A stretch of 64,000 nt of DNA from the human T2T-CHM13v2.0 reference genome, Homo sapiens. Both the position numbers and the translations under genes were made by a program. Location: NCBI RefSeq assembly GCF_009914755.1, contig NC_060928.1; one strand, 5' to 3'. The notes under the pieces were generated by a model that was given only the letters and a program-made list of their open reading frames with translations, did not search any database and had not been told where the DNA came from. Below are positions 42,616-57,207 of this stretch, piece after piece (within the stretch, counting starts at the first letter, position 1; the number at the start of each line of letters is the position of its first letter).

Positions 42616-42926
42616 TTCTTTTTTAATTAATTTTTTAAAACTATTATTATACTTTAAGTTCTGAGATAGATGTGCAGAACGTGCAGGTGTGTTACATAGG
42701 TATACACATGCCATGGTGGTTTGCTGCACCCATCAACCAGTCATCTACATTAGGTATTTCTCCTAATGCCATCCCTCCCCTAACCTCCCCACCCCCAACA
42801 GACCCCAGTGTGTGATGTTCCCCTCCCTGTGTCCATGTGTTCTCATTGTTCAACTCCCACTTATGAGTGAGAACATGTGGTATTTGGTTTTCTGTTCTTG
42901 TGTTAGTTTGCTGAGAATGATGGTTT
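42616..42926 (-). mobile_element. 5'-truncated L1PA (L1PA7-like) 3' end
   Basis: 'ttatactttaagttctg...gtgcagaacgtgcagg...gctgcacccatcaacc...tctcattgttcaactcccacttatgagtgagaaca'; 13-bp TSD cagtataattttt (42603-42615, 42927-42939). Confidence 0.95.
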
Positions 42927-45412
42927 CAGTATAATTTTTATCCCACTCCTGATACAGTGCCAAACAACCTATTGTTTTTCTAATTATCTTAAATCAGACT
43001 CTGAAATCCAAGTCACCAGGATGTTGAATAAATAAAGCTTCAATCATACCCATTATTGTCTTTCCTTGCCTTATTTTTCCACCCTGGGAACTAGGGTTGT
43101 GTTAAAATTTCATAGAGAGGATTCTCAGGTCTTCAACTCACACTTGGCTGAAATGATTAATGTCCAAGCCACATACTATCCTGATGACGGATGGTTTTGT
43201 TGCCTCTGTGCCAAGACCACTAGGGTATTTGGGCCTACATCCAACCTTGGAGCCCAGAGGCGCAGGGGCTGACCTCAGAATTGTACCAAGCCACCATTCT
43301 CCTCCACATCCTGTAACCTCCCAGGGGCATTTCAAGCACCGCTATTCCAAGGTCCTGCCAAAGCTTCCATGACTTGCTAGTCTTGGAGAGTATGTTTTCT
43401 TACCCTGATGTCAGCAACTTTGCTCTGTATCCCTCAAGGCACTTTTTTTATTTTTGTCTCCCCCTGTATCCCAAATAAATTCACCCTCCCTGAGCCTTTA
43501 TAAATACAGTGTTGAGGTGTCTTTCTTGAGAGTTTTTTATTACTAATTCACTCTAATACATGTTTTTATTTGCTTGCTCTGACAGTTTTACATAGTTGTC
43601 GGTTGCTTCTTGTAATGAAAGAGACCAGATGTTTCAGCATTCTCATTTTATTTTTCTCCCAATTCGAAAAAAATATGCTTTTTATTTCATTGTGACCCTT
43701 TTGAGAAAATTCTGTAGCAGGCATCAATATAAAGCAAGATTCTCAATGTTAAGTCCTAGGGATTATAAGCAGGCATTTTCAGACCTTGGCATTCTAACGT
43801 ACTATCTAGAGAGATGTTAACTTACTTTTCAACTCCCAGCAGCATTGTTTTGTAAATTATCTTCCTTTCAACTGCTCTAAACACTTTGCCACTTTAACCT
43901 TTTTTTTCTTTTTGGTTCATTGTAAATCCTTCATTTATTTACATCTTATTCTTTTCAATATTCCTTCACTTGCTTTAGGCAAATGTGTTTTGAGTTTCTT
44001 CAGATTAAGAAAGAATTATGCTATCAGTTGCCGGTGTTCCTTAGCCTGTCCCAGGGAGGGGTGGTCTGCAAGGTGGATTTCCACACATTCTACAGTATTA
44101 CCTCCACTCTATCTCCTCTCTGACTTGACTCTTAATATTGTATTCCAAAAAACTATAGAGAGAAGGAAGATCAAGATAAATTATCCAGAGTCTAGAATTA
44201 AAGAAAGTTGGTCCTGGTGTAGCAGCTCCTTCTCAGTCCTGTTTTGAGCTTTTTGACTGATTGCTTTCATTCCTGTTCTGCCATCTCAGTGTCCATATGG
44301 AAGTGATTGTTTGCTTTAATTATAAAAGAAAATAACCCAAAAGAAATAGCAACTAAGTAAAACAGCAAAAAAAAAAGTTTTCTTTGATGAGAGAAGGTAG
44401 GTGATTTAAAAGATTAGTCTATCAGCAGAAAACAAGCTCTGTGTTACATATGAACTGGGGACTATGTCTTCCTAGAAGTTATAAAAAGGATCATTACAGA
44501 ATTGTTTACACAATTCCTCCCACCTTTCATCCAATTTAAAGTAAGTACCTGTCATAAGCATTGCATAGAAAATCATTACTCACACCTGTTAAAGTTTTAG
44601 GTAAACAAGGGGAGATACCAGCCTCAGGGTCAACTGGTCTAGGATAGAAGGGCTTTCTATTAATACAAACACAAACAAGATCAAAGACATTTTTTTCTCT
44701 AGTCATCACTATAAACATTGATTGACATATATCTAGCCACCATTTTCAACATTCTTAACATTTTGGGGGTTTTTATATTATGTACTAAAATGAGTGCAAA
44801 TTAAAAAACAAGTGAACTCTTCCATTTAAATAGATGGAGAATAAATATATTATTGTAAAAATTAAGAAAAGAAATATACATACCCATCTGGTTATATATT
44901 CATATTTCAAGGTGTTAATGGCAGAGTCAGCAAATGAATTATTCATATGGTTAATCAAGTAAGTATTGAAATAAGAGAGAGAATTACCTTATTCCATTCA
45001 AGGCATAGACACTTCCAAAATGTTATAATATAACGGAATATATTAATGCCTATAAAAGTTTATTTAACATTAGTTAGCACCCACTCTTTTTTTCAGATAT
45101 AGAACCTACTTCAGGACCTTCAATGCTTAGTTCTAACATCCTTTATTGTTTTGTAAAATTTCTGGCTCACAGAGCATTCCAGTGAGGCAACCTCAGAAGG
45201 TAAATAAGCCCCTCATTTTGGACATCATAAGGCTTTTCAGATCAGAGGAGCAATGCATGGTGAAAGGGTATTAGCCATGCAGGCTGAGGGGTAGATGTCC
45301 AGGACAGACTGCAAGAAGCAGGAAATGTGTGTGCCTAATTAAGGGATTTCTCCTTCTGTCATTTCCCTATAATCTACTGCTAGCATGGAAATATAAACTG
45401 GGGTCTTCCAAA

Positions 45413-45650
45413 GGTATATTTGAAAGCACATGGTCTTTGGAGTCAAATCCTGATTTATAACCTACCCAGCATGTAATTGAGGGCAAGTCACTTAAAATTT
45501 TTTGAGACTCAATTTCCTCATTTGTAACATATTATGAAATCATAAAATTGGATAACATGAGAGTCTATCTTTCAAGGCTGTCGAGAGGATAATAAAAATG
45601 TATTCAAAGTCCTCAGAACGTGATCAATGCTTAATAAATGCTAGATGTTA
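45413..45650 (+). mobile_element. MIR SINE
   Basis: 'ctttggagtcaaa...gggcaagtcacttaa...ctcaatttcctcatttgtaa...tgcttaataaatgctag'. Confidence 0.7.
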
Positions 45651-45944
45651 CACAAGCTTTCTTTTTAAAAATTTCAGCCTTGCCTTTCATGTAAGTCAAT
45701 TACCAACTTTGTTAGACAATATCTTCTTCATCTTTAATTTTCAGCTCAAAATAGCCATGTAACTTTGAGAAATGTCCTTAACCTTTATATGATTCTATTT
45801 CTTCACATGTGAAATAACAGGAATAATATCCTGAGTAAGGATAGTGCTCTGCAAGGCCATGTCCTAATAGGATGCTATCCATTTTGTCCTTGATCACAAT
45901 TAAAGCAAAGTACAGGCATATGCATCAACGTGCTTCATAGTGCA

Positions 45945-46075
45945 GAATAGTGCCGTTGTCAGATGCGTGGATTCTGGGGCCAGACAACCTACATTACTAC
46001 TCACAGTTCATCCACTCAACATGGCTGAGTGATCTTGGGCAGGTCATTTAGCTGTTTTATGCCCCAGTTTCTTAC
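45945..46075 (+). mobile_element. MIR SINE fragment
   Basis: 'tggattctggggccagac...gtgatcttgggcaggtcattta...gccccagtttctt'. Confidence 0.6.
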
Positions 46076-47416
46076 TTTTCTAGACTCCCTTTATACCATT
46101 TAATTTTCCAATGGCATTATACAGAAAATCTTTTGTCCTCAAATGTCTCATCTATTCTAGTGGTACTGCACTCTTCACATGTAGTAAATAGTTTTAATGA
46201 AAACATTAGATTGTTTTACCAAAAGCTAGCTAAACATCAGCATTTTATCCTCTGAACCCAATCAAATTAAAAAAAAGTTTCTTCAGTGTCACTTCTTTTT
46301 GTTTGTAGAGATATAAAATTATTATAACACATGTTGACTAGAAATTTGGGACATTGTCACAAACAATTTATTAATGTTATTAATTTTATTAAAACAGAGA
46401 AGATAGTATGAAAGCAACATGTCCATTAATCAAAACACCCTCCATGTTTACTTGGTAGTTGTACTTTTCATGAGTGAACCTGATGGCTCATGACCTGTAA
46501 TGCCTATACAAACATTTCCACATTTATGAAAGGTTTGGAAGAGCTCTCTTTCAATGTTAAGGCTCAACTATAGTTAACAGAAAAAAAATGTAATTCTATC
46601 AATATTTTTAACTTAATGACAAGATAGGGATTTGAACTACATGGCTACTAGCAGCTTTTCTAATGCAAGAGCCAATGATTTCTGTGTGTCTCTTGAGAAG
46701 TTTATTTAAAAATGGCAGCATTTGAAATTACCTCTAGAGATGTGACTAATGTGAGTCTAAAGGTTTTGTCTTAAGATGTTGAATTCCTATAAAATATTTT
46801 AAATACAAAGATTAAAATGATGCAAATTTTAAAGCTTCCCTTCTCTTTAGTAAATGTTTGCTCACTATTCCTCACCCCAGGTATGAGTTCACTCCAGAAC
46901 TTGAATCCAGTTGCTAGTGAATATGGATGGAAAGAGAGTTCTAGTCTAGGGTAGTGAGCTGCCCAGCCCAGGAGAAACTTAATATGCAAGGGGAGCTCAC
47001 GGATACCTCCCACCTCCACTGCCGCTTACATTCATGATACCTCATTTCTATGACACAATTTCTAAGTAGGTTTCACCCTAAAGTTTTATTTTTTATGCCA
47101 TTACTTAAATGTTTATCATTTTATCCCACTGATAATGGAACACAAATAGAAACTTTTTATAATGAAGATACAATCCCAACTCAGAGTAATTATTTATAGA
47201 TTGGAGAAAGTCTTCACATATTTTGTTATTATGTGGATAAGTTCACAATCATCAGGAAGATGCAGAGAAAAATCAAAACATGTTACATCCAAAATTGATT
47301 TTAGCATCTTTTTTAAACAAAGTCATATTGCTCTTCTGTGCTTAATATATATGTATAGAGAAATAAAAGCTGGTAACATAATTAGTTTTTTCTACCTTTA
47401 TAATAAATGTGTTTTT

Positions 47417-47793
<377 letters not shown>

Positions 47794-49316
47794 TTATTTT
47801 CATATCTGTTTCATAGCATGATTACTTGATAATAACTAATTAAAGTAAATCTTATTACTTATAAGGTAGATTTCAAACATAGGTTTATGGGGGTTTTAAT
47901 AACTATGACAGTGATATCTTGAGCTTTTAAGATTATTTTCATACCATCCATTAATTTCCAAAGAGAGAAACTAATTCACACTACATTCAGAATCTAGATA
48001 AAATCTAACCCAACATTTGAAACTCTAACCCAGAGTTTTTTGCCTTAAAAAAAAAAATCTCCTGTGTTAAGGAAACCACTCCCAGTCTTAACAATAAAAC
48101 CCAGATTCTGCAGATTGTCAATAATAGGAAAGTCTCACATGAGACTCATAGCTCCAATTCTCTTTCCCTGTGTTCCTTGAGAGTTCCTTTCAGGAGATAT
48201 GTTTCCATTAGCTGTTTGCTTTCATCACCACAATTACTTCACAGGGCTTTCTGCTTTCATAATTGATCAATATAGCTTTCCTGATTATAGCCAATAGAAC
48301 GTCTGATACAAGGCTGGATTCTTCAAAAGACCCAGGGAAAGCAAAGGATAACAACAAGGAACTGAATCATCTGGCCGTGAAATAACCACCTACTCTCCAG
48401 GGTCACCTGCCTCAATTACACCGTGACCCCATTTCTTCCTCAGTGTGGTTGAGGACCTATCTTAGAACTTGTTACCTAGGAGACTCTTCTAACACTTTCA
48501 CATTCCTCAAAGCTTAGACATATGTCTGTCAACCAGAAAACAGTTTCTTTTTTCACCCCTTGAGAGCCTTCTTCTGAGTTTATTTTCTTTTTCAAGGAGG
48601 TATCTTATTCCAGGATGAAGGAAGTACCTCGTTCCAAGATGAGTTAGGAGCATGACTATTGCTCATCATTGGATGACAATCAGAAATAGTCTTATTCTTT
48701 ATGAAAACCACAACAGAATAGTAACTACCTTAGTATACCTCAGTGCACCCAGCATTCACATAGGAGGTGTGCACGGGAGCAACAGGGAAGCAGTTCATTT
48801 GAATTTCTCCATAAACTGCTTTACTTTGATTATCTAAACCAATGGAGCTATAATAATGGGGGGTGGAGGGAAAAGGCCTAACTACCTGAGTAGGAATCAT
48901 GAGACAAAACTTTGTAGTAAAATAAAATAATAACCAAATGGAGAATCTCATTGTGTTTTTTAGGCCTGACTCAGATGGTCAACATCTATGTGAATTTGAG
49001 TAAGGGACATTTTGTCTGATGGTGACAGTGTCCTCAGTTGTAAAATTCCTACAGTCTTTTTCATATGTATGAGTTACAGTATAATTCTTCAAAGTGAAAA
49101 CTGCCTAAATAATTATAAGCCCTACTTTTTGTTACTTATGAAAAAATAATTTTATTTGATTTTTATATTTTCTTCCCCCCACTGCCAGCTTTATTAAGGT
49201 ATAATTGACAAAGAAAGATTGTCTGTATTTATGGCATAAAACCTGATGTTTTGATATTGTAAATATTGTGAAATGATTACCACACTCAAGCTAATTAGCA
49301 TATCCATCAACTTAGT

Positions 49317-49366
49317 TATATAAATATATATATATTTATTTTATATATATATATATATATATATAT
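49317..49366. repeat. Interrupted (TA)n microsatellite
   Basis: Read directly from the sequence. Confidence 0.9.
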
Positions 49367-49380
49367 TTGTAGTTAGAACA

Positions 49381-51685
49381 TGTATTAGTCCATTTTCATG
49401 CTGCTGATAAAGACATACCCGAGACTGGGCAATTTACAAAACAAAAAGGTTTATTGGACTTACAGTTTCACGTGGCTGGGGAGGCCTCACAATTACAGCA
49501 GAAGGTGAAAGGCATGTCTCAAATGGCAGTGGCAAGAGAGAGAATGAGAGCCAAGAGAAATAGGTTTCCCCTTATCAAACCATCAGATCTCATGAGACTT
49601 ATTCACTACCATGAGAACAGCATGGGGGAAACCGCCCCCATGATCCAACCATCTCCCACCAGTTTCCTCCCACAACATGTGGGAATTATGGGAATACAAT
49701 TCAAGATGAGATTTGGGTAGGGATACAGAGCCAAACCATATCATTCCACCCATTACCCCTCCCAAATCTCATGTCCTCATATTTCAAAACCAATCATGCT
49801 TTTCCAAAAGTCCCCCAAAGTCTTAACTCATTTCAGCATTAACTCAAAAGTCCACAGTCCAAAGTCTCATCTGAGACAAGGCAAGTCCCTTCCACCTATA
49901 AGCCTGTAAAATCAAAAGCAAGTTAGTTACTTTCTAGATACAATGGGGGTACAGTAATTGGGTAACTACAACTGATCCAAGTGGAAGGAATTGGCCAAAA
50001 CAAAGGGACTACAGAGTACCCCATGCAAGTCCAAAATCCAGCAGGGCAGTCAAATCTTAAAGCTCCAAAATGATCTCCTTTGACTACATGTCTTATATCC
50101 AGGGCATGCTGATGTAAGAGGTAGGTTCCCAGGGTCTTGGGCAGCTCCACCCCTATGGCTTTTCAGGGTACAGCCTCCTTTCCAGCTGCTTTCACAAGCT
50201 GGTGTTGAGTGTCTATGGCTTTTCCAGGCAAATGGTGCAAGCTGTCAGTGGACCTACCATTCTAGGGTCTGGAAGACAGATTCTTCTCATAGCTCTTCTC
50301 ATAGCTCCACTAGGAGGTACCCCAGTAGGGACTCTATGTGGGGGCTCCAACCCCACATTTCCCTTCCACATTGCCCTAGCAGAGGTTCTCCATGAGAGCC
50401 CGACCCCTGCAACAACCTTCTGCCTGAGCATCCAGGCATTTCCATACATCTTCTGAAATCTAGGCGGAGGTTCCCAAACCCCATTTCTTGACTTCTTTGC
50501 ACTTGCAAGCTCAACACTACATGGAAGCTGCCAAGGCTTGGGTTTCACCATCTGAAGCCATGGCCCGAGCTCTACATTGGCACCTTTCAGTCACAGCTGG
50601 AGCAGCTGGGACCAAGGGCACCAAGTTCCTGGGCTGCACACAGCCCAGGGACCCTGGACCCAGCCCCCGAAACCATTTTCTCCCAGGCCTCCAGGACTGT
50701 GATGGGAGGGGCTGCCATGAAGACCTCTGACATAACTTGGAGACATTTTCCCCATTTTTTTTGGAAATAACATTTGGCTTCTCATTACCTATGCAAATTT
50801 CTGCATCTTGAATTTCTCCTCAGAAAATTGGTTTTTCTTTTCTATCACATTGTCAGGCTGCAAATCTTCTGAACTTTTATGCTTTACTTTCCTTGTAAAA
50901 CTGAATGCCTTTAACAACACCCAAGTCACCTCTTGAATGCTTTGCTGCTTAGAAATTTCTTCTGCTAGATACCCTAAATCATCTCTCTCGAGTTCAAAAT
51001 TCCACAAATCTCTAGGGCAGGGGCAAAATGACACCAGTCTCTTTGCTAAAGCATAACAAGAGTCACCTTTGCTCCAGCTCCCAACAAGTTCCTCATTTCC
51101 ATCTGAGACCACCTCAGCCTGGATCTCATTGTCCATATGGCTATCAGACTTTTGGCTAAAGCCATTCAACGAGTCTGTAGGAAGTTCAAAACTTTCCCAT
51201 ATTTTCCTGTCTTCTTCTGAGCCCTCCAAACTGTTCCAGCCTCTGCCTGTTACCCAGTTCCAAAGTCGCTTCCACATTTTCGGGTATCTTTTCAGCCACA
51301 CCCCACTCTACTGTTACCAGTTTACTGTATTAGTCCATTTTCCCGCTGCTGATAAAGACATACCCGAGACTAGGCAGTTTACAAAAGAAAGAGGTTTATT
51401 GGACTTATGGCTTCACGTGGCTGGGGAGGCCTCACAATCATGGTGGAAGGTGAAAGGCATGTCTCACATAGCGGCAGCAGGAAAGAATGAGAGCCAAGTA
51501 AAACAGGTTTCCCCTTATCAAACCATCAGATCTTGTGAGACTTATTCACTACCACGAGAACAGCATGGGGGAAACCACCCCCACAATCCAACTATCTCCA
51601 CCAGGTCCCTCCCACAATACGTGGGAATTATGGGAGTACAATTCAAGATGAGATTTGGGTGGAGACACAGAGCCGAACCATATCA
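49381..51685 (-). mobile_element. Full-length THE1 (THE1C-like) MaLR provirus: 3' LTR 49381-49743, internal 49744-51325, 5' LTR 51326-51685
   Basis: Two direct ~360-bp LTRs (tgtattagtcc...ccatatca), ~1.58-kb THE1-int, perfect 5-bp TSD gaaca (49376-49380, 51686-51690). Confidence 0.96.
50789..51301 (-). pseudogene. Remnant of the MaLR internal ORF, 5' part open for 170 codons
   Basis: Translation contains THE1/MST-int motifs 'EIQAEVVSDGNEELVG', 'CPCPRDLWNFELERDDLGYLAEEISKQQSIQ'; goes out of frame after 'EEKFK'. Confidence 0.8.
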
Positions 51686-54600
51686 GAACATTTAAGATCT
51701 ACTTTCTTAGCACACTTCAAGTACACACTAGAGTGTTTTCAATATAGTCATCATGCTGTACATTAGGTCTCCAGAACATATTCATCCTGCCTAACTGAAA
51801 CTTTGCACCCTTTGATCAACATCTCACAATTTCCACTACTCCCCAGCTCCTGGCAACCACCATTCTATTCTCTGTTTCTATGAGTTTGATTCCACATATA
51901 ATTGAGATCATGCAATATCTTCCTTTCTGTGCCTGGCTTATTTTACTTAGCATAATGCCCCCAAGTTTCATTCATGTTTTCACAAATGACAACATTTCCT
52001 TCTTTTTTAAGGCTAAGTTTTCAACATTATATATACAATAAAGAAAGTTTCCTCAAGAAAGAAAACTTTTTTTGTTATTTTACCTAGTTTCTATTCCTTT
52101 TGGATCTTTTTCTTTCAAAATTAAAGCAAATAACTATGATCGTATGGTCATTTGGTATACATATATGTATAACACATTTTTTATATCCATCAGTAGACAC
52201 TGAGGTTGATTTTATATCTTGGCTATTGTAAATAATGCTGCAATAAACATGGGAGTGCACATATCCATTCTAGACACTGATTTCATTTAATTGGATATAT
52301 ACCCAGAAGTGAGATTGCTGGGCCAAATGGTAATTCTATTTTTAATTTTTTAAGAACCTCCATACTGTTTTCTGTAATGGCTGTACCAATTTACATTCCA
52401 ACCCATGGTACAAAGGGTTATTTTTCTCAGCATCTTCCCTAATACTTATTATCTTTTGTCTTTTTGATAATAGACATTCTAATATGTGTGAAGTAATAGA
52501 TAACTCATTGTGGTTTTGATTTACATTTCTTCGATTATTAGTGATGTTGAATATCTTTTCATATATCTGTTGGCCATTTGTATATCTTCCTTTGAGAAGT
52601 GCCTATTCAAGTAGTCCTTTATTCATTTTTAAAATTGAGTCATTTGTTTTCTCTTTATTAAGTTGAGTCCCTTATATATTTTGTACATTAGCTCCTTATC
52701 AAATGTTTGCAAATTTTTCTCCCATTCTGTAGATTTTCTCCAGTCTGTTGATTGTTTCATTTGCTACAGGGAAACTTTTTAGTTTGATATAATTCCATTT
52801 ATCTATTTTGCTTTTGTCAGCTGTGCTTTATAAGGAGTGATATCCAAAAAAATTATTGCCCAGACCAATGTCAAAATGCTTTTTTCACATGTTTTCTTCT
52901 AGTAGTTTTACAGTTTATGTTCAATTCTATAATCCATTTCAAGGAATTTTTGTATGTGATGTGAGTTAAGGGTCCAATTTCATTTTTCTGCATATGGATA
53001 TCCATGTTTTTGTGCCCATGATATCCTTAAATGAGAAGTAAGTGCTGGGTGCAAATTAGGGGAAGACATCATACAATTTGTGAAACCTTACTGAATTATG
53101 TATTTGATAAATAATAAAAAGTGGAACTTTTTCCACATAATTCATTTTATTAGGACAAAGAGTTTGACATCTGATTGTATTATGAAAACTAAGTGTAAAA
53201 AGTACAGTGAAGGTAATCCTTTCTATGTAGACTTTAACTGGGGTATTTAATACAAAAGGTTGGTCTTGTATCCCAGATCCTGGGGTCTAGTTTAGGATCT
53301 GTCCCAGTTGTCACTGCTTTGTTTTGATGAAATTCTTAAAGTTAGCATAATCTGTATCTGATATTCCAACCATCTTAACTTTTAAAATCCAAGTCCCTAT
53401 CACTCTTTAGATTTGATCTAAGAAAATGTTATAATATTGACCACTTACTAGAAGATACTGATATCACGATAGAGTGATATTGAGTTTTCCCAAGTCTTAT
53501 TTCATAAGCCAAGGCCTTTTTAAAAATAAAGATTATTTAATTTAGAATAGAGCTTGGCACATAGAAAATATGCAGATGGTTTAAATGACATTATATCAAG
53601 AAGTTGCAACTTTGGCATAAATTTGTATGGCAGAGAAGGACAAAAAGGGAATGACAAAAAATAACCAAGTAGAATGAATGCAGAAGTAGAATAATCTCTC
53701 TAATAATGCAGATAAGGGAACCCCCAGGTGAGTTCACACTGGCTTCACCTGGTTCCACAAAGACCGGTTTATAGACCAGAGGTTCTCAAGGACTGAGCCC
53801 TATCTGGGACCCCTGCCCACCTGCAGGGGGTGAAATCAACTCCTCAGAGGCCTGTCCACCCGCACCACAGAAAATACTTAAAATCGTCTCTCCAGCTCAC
53901 ACAAAACCATCACACAAGCTAACATTAAAAATAATTATACCCACTAAGTCATCAGTCTATAATTAGTGTTTTTTTCTTCAGAAACGTGGTGAAGAAGGCA
54001 AAGCATTTGACTTCTGAGGTCAAATAGGTTCTTGTCATTCTCTTGACCACTTTAGCGTAATTTGAGACCATGTAAATTAGGAAAGAAATGTTCACTACCA
54101 CAGCAGAGAGTGATTGATCATCAAAAGGGCCTCAGTTAGGTGTCACCTGGTCCTTTTAAATGCGTCCCTCTGCTCCTGATATTGCTGACCACAACAGTCA
54201 GGACTTTAGTGAGAAGTTGAAAACTTGTTTTAGATAATATATATTTTCATTGGAGAGAAATAGGGCTCCAATTTCAAATTTCTTCTCTACACTGGGTTCT
54301 CTTCCTTCCCAGTGAAATAATTCTCTTTTATTCTCTATATCCAGTTAACGTTTATTGATTCCCTGTTGTGAGTAGATATGTCTATTGCATCTGCTATTGC
54401 CTGTGACCACTTCCTCATTCTTTGTCTTTCCTTCTCTCCCAAGATGTCACAGCAACACTCTTCACAACAGATTGCCGTTATATTGCTTTGTTTTGTTTTA
54501 AAGAGAAACGTCATAGGGCTTATGGAGGGAGGTAGTTTTCAAAAGATATAACTTTTTTGAGAGCCATAGCTTAGCCAGTTTGAAAAGTTGTACAGCTGCA

Positions 54601-54829
54601 AAAGCTGTATGGAAACTCCTATAAATTAAATTTTTACACATCCTTCCTCTATCCTTTGCTTTATGAATAAATATTGGTATATGCTGATGGCCATATGCCT
54701 TTATATTGTGTTATTACTTAGAATTGCCTGGCAGCAAAAATCATGGAGTTCATTTAAAAATCAATGTAATGCCAAATTTATAAAATTTAGTGCAGACTGT
54801 CATATAATGACAACTCTTTAGATTCTCAG

Positions 54830-54980
54830 TTTACATCTCATTTCCACATCCAATATCTGATTGCAATCTCATTTGACAGTTAAGAAAATTGAAACATAGA
54901 GAGGAAAGTGATTTACCCAAGGTTGCTCAGTTGGGGAAATGGCTGGATCTGGCTGACTCCCATTCCAGTAATTTTTCCAC
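54830..54980 (-). mobile_element. MIR SINE
   Basis: 'catttgacagttaagaaaattgaaacatagagaggaaagtgatttacccaaggt'. Confidence 0.65.
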
Positions 54981-55159
54981 CTTTGTTGCTGATTCTTGGT
55001 GGTAGTTAGGTTTTCCTTGTTTTTCTAATTCTCTGTTGAAATGTACAATGGTAGCAAAAAGAAAAATGAGTAAAAGAAAAATGTATTTAGTACAAATTTA
55101 TTAACATACCATAAGAAAGCTCTTCTATACTGCAAATTTGTATTTTTGAAAAATAGACT

Positions 55160-55574
<415 letters not shown>

Positions 55575-56167
55575 ACAATTGTGAAAAGCAGTTTGGCATT
55601 TTTTTCAAAGAACTCAAAAGCAGAATTGCCATTTGCCCTGGCAATTCCATTATTAGGTATGTACCCAAAGGAATATAAATTGTTCTATTATAAAGACACA
55701 TGCATGCATATGTTCATCACAGCACCATTCACAATAGCATGGATATGGAATCAACCTAAATGCCTATCAGCAGTAGACTGGATAAAGACAATGTGATACA
55801 TACATACTGTGGAATACTATGCAGTCATGAAAAAGAGCAGGATCACATCCTTTGCAGCAACACAGATGGAGCTGGAGGCCATTATCCTTAGCAAACTAAC
55901 ACAGGAACAGAAAACCAAATACCACATGCTCTCACTTATAAGTGAGAGCTAAACACTGAGTACATATGGACACAAAGAAGGGAACAACAGACACTAGGCC
56001 CTACTTGAGGCTGGAAGGAGGGAGCAGGGTAAGGATCTAACTGACTATTGGGTTTTATACTTATTACTTAGATGGTGAAATAATCTGTACACCAAGCCCC
56101 CATGAGATGCAATTTATCTATATAACAAATGCATATATACCCTGAATCTAAAGTAAAAGTTAAAAAA
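55575..56167 (+). mobile_element. L1PA15/16-like 3' end (ORF2 C-terminal remnant plus 3' UTR)
   Basis: ORF-track remnant 'LPFALAIPLLGMYPKEYKLFYYKDTCMHMFITAPFTIAWIWNQPKC' is the L1 ORF2 C-terminus; 3' UTR 'ggacacaaagaagggaacaacagacact'. Confidence 0.9.
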
Positions 56168-56875
56168 TACATATTTGCTCAATAGTAATAATTTTAAAAG
56201 AGACTGAAATACAGTGACACTGAGGAGTTTGGCTAACACTCACCATGATGAATTGTTCTTCAACTTTGGAGAGACCAAGAGTAGACTTTTTTTGATCCAC
56301 TGCTTCATTTTTCCAGAAATTTGTTCTAAAAGGTCTTAAAAAAGAAATCTGTAGAAAACTTAGTAGCATAAAAGTATAATTTTACTAACAAAACTGGAAA
56401 CAAATATGTACTTTCAAATAGAGAAATGTATAAATAAGCTATATCATATTAATTTAAAATATTTTGCAGGCATTGAAAATAACAAATATATAAATATTTT
56501 ATTTGTCTATTTTACAGTTTACCTAGTGTTTTATATCTCATTTAAAGATTGGAGGTACAACTAAAAATGCTTATAAAATATTCTAAGTGAAATAATAAAT
56601 AAAAAATGTATATGTGTACTATGACTACAACCACATAAAGCTCTACCCATGAAAAAGATTGGAATAGACATATATATGCATTTATATTCATATGCAGGTA
56701 AATAGGCATACTGTACAGGTGATGAGCCTATAGATATAATTTTCTTTAATATTAAGATCTTTAAATTTAAATAGAAACTTGTTTTCATAGTAAATTCCTA
56801 AATTTTGAACAGATATGATCATTACGTTGAGTAGATTAAACTTGAAAAAGTTGTCTTCTTAATGATAACATATAA

Positions 56876-57207
<332 letters not shown>

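Larger units (their letters stand above)
49185..53010 (-). mobile_element. L1MA (L1MA8/9-like) 3' portion interrupted by a THE1 provirus (L1 pieces 49185-49380 and 51686-53010)
   Basis: 'agctttattaaggtataattgaca...tcaagctaattagcatatccatca' continues after the insertion as 'gaacatttaagatctact...ggtctccagaa', then reverse ORF2 3' sequence. Confidence 0.88.

Noticed and set aside
50282-50305. 12-bp tandem duplication tcttctcatagc in THE1-int
   Set aside because: Ordinary post-insertion slippage
51069-51695. Longest ORF (208 aa, + strand)
   Set aside because: Antisense read-through of THE1 internal and LTR sequence
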